From Octopus bimaculoides (Eukaryota): 63,869 bases of DNA. The position numbers and the translations under genes were made by a program. This document shows, one piece after another, positions 60,128-63,869 of the stretch (the stretch's first letter is position 1; the number at the start of each line of letters is the position of its first letter). The notes beneath the pieces are model-generated. The model did not search any database. It saw only the letters and a program-made list of their open reading frames with translations, and was not told the DNA's origin. Location of the stretch: assembly GCF_001194135.2 (NCBI RefSeq), contig NC_068981.1:71379128-71442996 (forward strand), in the 5' to 3' direction.

Positions 60128-61713
60128 ACTAACAAAATAAACTAAGTGACAAACTAACTAACCAACTAACCAATAAACTCTGATTGTTAATACCTGTATC
60201 TTTTACGCTCATCTCTCCATATATAAATATTTATTACATACATTCAAAATAACAGAATTTAGAAAATCACTAATTCACCTTCTCGATCATAAATAAATAT
60301 GAGAAACTTTAAATGGTTGTAGAAATAGCAACTAAATATTCCCCAAATCACACTCTGCTATCTTCAAAAAGGAAAGAACATATTGGACAATACTCTTTGT
60401 ATAACAAAAAGGTAAGATCGCTTTTGACCCTAGGTGTAATAGATTAGAATTAACCTGGGGTTAAACGCAACAACAACAGAAAGAGCAACCTTAAGTGTGT
60501 ATGAGTCGATCGTGGTTATAAGAGAAAAAAAAACAACAAAACAAAAAAACAAAAACATAAGCATTTCTTTTTTTTTTGTTATTTGATCATTTCAAAATTC
60601 AAGTGGAGAAACTGAGAGTGGAGACGGAAGTATTGTCAAGTAAAGAATAACAGAATATCATTGATGGGAAGTCCAACAGGGTACGAAATAATTATATGTA
60701 GTAGATCCTGCTACACGAACAAGCGTCGGTGATGTTAAAAGCCGAGTTTACATGTCTCTATGCAGGTATTTCAAACGCTATAGCTCGTTGTTGTAAGCAG
60801 TAGTAGTTCAATGGATTTAACAAATATTTCATTGATTTTCAGGAAAGTCTATTTGTCATACGCCAGTATCTAGTCTAAGGGGAGATTTATCTGTCTTTCT
60901 TTTTCACTGGAAACTACGGAAACCGAATTTGAGCACAAGCCCTATAGAGCTTTGGAAACAATTAACATAATTAACTCGATACTTTGTACTTATTTGCGTT
61001 GCTTTTAAATTTTTATTTCAGGTTGGAATGTATAATAGATTACCCTAAATCTCTGTGTACTTCGTAAGTATTGCAGTAAAGAAAATAAGCTCGCTTAGTT
61101 ATTATAAGCTGCAGACTACATTGTGCATAGGATGACAATTGTTACTTTTCAATATCACGTTGGCTAGGGAAATAATTTGCGCCAGTCGAGGGTTAAATAT
61201 TGTGTGTATGATGCCAAGTATTTTAATGAAAGAAAATTAGTTTAAGTTGAAGACCATGAACTGGCAATATAGTTCTATGCTTGCGGGAATCAATACTGAC
61301 TGATTGCGTTTACACTTATTTAAAGCAAACACTGTTTTCAGGAGCCTATTCAAGAATTGTTTAGATTTGCTTTCAGAGTGTGAAACAAATATAGTAAAAT
61401 ATTTTTCAAAATATTCATGAACATTTCTGTTCATCATGTTCATCAGAATAAGTAAATCTGAATACTTAAAGGCAGTTAGAAAAGAACTAGATATTATACA
61501 GTATTTAATTTCTACTACGTCCTTCGTTCAAATCCAACCGAGTGTGCTATATGGCTAAAAGAATTGTAACACGACTAATGCCAGCATAAACAATGTGAAA
61601 TAGATGACAAAATCCTGGAAACGGTTCTACAGAAAATGTCAAACAGGTAATCTCCAGAAAATGTCAAACAGGTAATCTCCAGGTAATTACCAAACAGGTA
61701 ATCTCTTTATAAT

Positions 61714-62882
61714 ATGTCAAAGAAGACTTTCGCTCTTTATCAGCGAGATCGCATACAGTTGTACGCAGAAAGTATTAAGGGCACACAAGAAGAGATAGTT
61801 GTTCGAACTAGCAAGCAGGAAACTTCAACATCAGTGGAGATGCAGGCAGGCTACTTCCTACGCAAGGATGGTGGTCGTGATCTCAAATCTGTATTGATGT
61901 CATATGAAGCACATATTATGACAGTGAAACATCAGCAGCAAAAAAAGAGGCCAGTAATTATATTGCTCAAGTTTGTGACCATGCAATCAACAACGTAAAT
62001 GGGCAACCAATGAACTTGAGAAGAGGTATGAAATAAGAACTGATACAGATCTCTCCCCAAGGAGCATTGGTAAAATCTATTTATCAGAACAACAGAAAAA
62101 ATGGACCAGTTCACTGAGAAGATAGTACGTGGATACTTAGCACGTAAAAAAACAAGCCATAGGAGGGACTGATCATGTCAAAAGCTTGGCATGGAGTTCC
62201 GACACGTTTATGACATCCCACTTTGAAGGCTACCTCCATACAATTCAAGAACAAGAGATCCCCACCAAGTGGCTACTGCATAAGAAGCAAAAAACGTTGA
62301 CAGACAACAAATGTATGCTGTGCAAGACCAAGACTGAAGACATCAACCACATTATTGCAAACTGCGAGAGAATGTCTTAGAGATATTATCTTCTCATGAT
62401 TCATAATTCGGTGGCCAGAACAGTACGGAACAAGCTAACAAAAAGGAAACCATCTCTCGACGAAGTTGATCACATTGAGATCGATTGGTCCAAAGGATGT
62501 TAGTGAAACTTAAAAATTGAAACAGCCACAAATTTTAAACACAACCGGTCAGATAGTGTTGTGTGAGACCACAAGGAAAAATTATTTTCTGTTGTTGAAA
62601 CCAGCTGCCCCTTGGACACCAATGTGGTTAGAAAAACACAAGAGAAATAGGACATCTAAGGACCATTGATAAGGAGTTTTCAAATCCAGTACCCAAGATA
62701 AACTATCAACATCACACACATTATTACTGGAGCAACAGGATACATACCGACCCACCTGGAGCAAAGTATGGTTGAACTTGAGATCCTGGGGAGAGAATGC
62801 AAATCCTGAATCCATACGCTACAAATGGTCACGATATCTGGGACTATTAAAATCTGCAGGACTTTCTTAAGATTTAAGAGGA
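61714..62882 (+). mobile_element. 5'-truncated non-LTR retrotransposon with restriction-like endonuclease (R4/Dong-like)
   Basis: LRKDGGRDLKS (RT thumb), CCHC knuckle CMLC...HIIANC, YY...HNSVAR, KHNRSD..., ETSCPLDTN; multiple stops. Confidence 0.85.
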
Positions 62883-62972
62883 TAATGGTTAAAACAAGAC
62901 GCTTTATTTCACTACCTTACTACCAAATAGGTGGCCGGTCAACTTTTTTTCTAAATCAAAAATAGAAAGTGA

Positions 62973-63046
62973 ACATACATACATACATACTTACCTACAT
63001 ACATACATACATACATACATACATACATACATACATACATACATAC
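62973..63046 (+). repeat. (CATA)n microsatellite between the two RLE LINE fragments
   Basis: Read directly; a second (CATA)-rich tract lies at ~63670-63845. Confidence 0.95.
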
Positions 63047-63593
63047 TTATCACCCACATCATAAGCAGTTGTCCGAAAATGTCATCACGGTATTATCTAC
63101 CGATGAGACATGATGTTGTAGCTAGGACACTCTATAATGAAATCCGTCAGAAGGATAACTCCGAGGACAAACAAATAAGAATCCGCAGTATGGTAGAAAC
63201 CATAGCCACTCATAATAAAAAGGAGTACTGATGGAATGTCTCTGCGAAAACTTCAATAAATTGTAAGCATAACAGACCCGATATAATGATTTGGGATAAG
63301 AAAAGAAACTGTGTACAGCTGTGGAACTTAGCTGTCCAGCGGATGTTAACATGAAGCTGAAGATCAATGAAAAAGAGAATACCTACTCTGAACTATTGAG
63401 AAATCTATACTTAATCTATCCAGATTACAAGTTCAGGTTTGTATCAGTAATTATTGGGGCTCTGGGATATGTAACACACTGCCTAAATATCAATCTTGAG
63501 ATTGAAAGGAGAAAGTTAATTCGAAAACTACATATCCAATCCATCACTGGAACTGTAAAAATCTGGAAAACTTACCAGAAGTTCATTGTTTAA
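63047..63593 (+). mobile_element. Second, distinct RLE-type LINE 3' end
   Basis: HIISSCPKMSSRYYLPMRHDVVAR, KHNRPDIMIWD, ELSCPADVN, IIGALGYV; abuts a (CATA)n tract. Confidence 0.9.
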
Positions 63594-63814
63594 ATATATA
63601 TAAGCATGTCTAGATATGCAACTATATGCATGAGAATACATAGATGAAACAAAACATACAAATCTGTACATATACATATACATACATACATACATACATA
63701 CATACATACATACATACATACATACACGCATACATATATACATGCATACATACATGCATACATACATGCATACATACATGCATGCATACACACATACATG
63801 CATACATACATACA

Positions 63815-63845
<31 letters not shown>

Positions 63846-63869
63846 GCGTGTGTATGCTAGCACGTGTGT

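Noticed and set aside
37000-63869. A second host protein-coding gene downstream of the receptor
   Set aside because: No exon chain or recognisable host domain found by eye; every identifiable coding fragment is transposon-derived. Small exons of a long-intron gene cannot be excluded.

Overview
AT-rich, microsatellite-dense animal DNA from a gapped short-read scaffold (7 N-runs). The SINE and microsatellite style suggests a cephalopod such as Octopus; that is an inference. The six-frame ORF track misses the real gene: 10 spliced + strand exons (1608-36554, 981 nt joined, frame continuous, all GT-AG) encode TM1-TM7, helix 8 and the C-tail of a class B1 GPCR of the calcitonin/CGRP-receptor family. 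The N-terminal ectodomain exons lie upstream of the window. The rest is intronic or intergenic and full of mobile DNA: five Tc1/mariner relics, three tRNA-derived SINE families, Helitron and HINE-like pieces, Penelope-like, L2/CR1-like and RLE-type LINE fragments, and a nested hAT/foldback element. Most interesting: (1) three hand-foldable minimal type I hammerhead ribozyme motifs plus relics, one inside a structured ~340-bp unit bounded by direct repeats (retrozyme candidate); (2) a foldback element with a perfect 8-bp TSD whose arms end in telomere-like repeats facing head to head; (3) a ~430-bp intronic inverted repeat (possible dsRNA/ADAR substrate); (4) a recursive-splice-like exon and competing terminal exons in the receptor; (5) a 3' tail shared between a SINE family and a LINE. 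All alignments and folds were done by eye; repeat boundaries are approximate unless a TSD or TIR is given.
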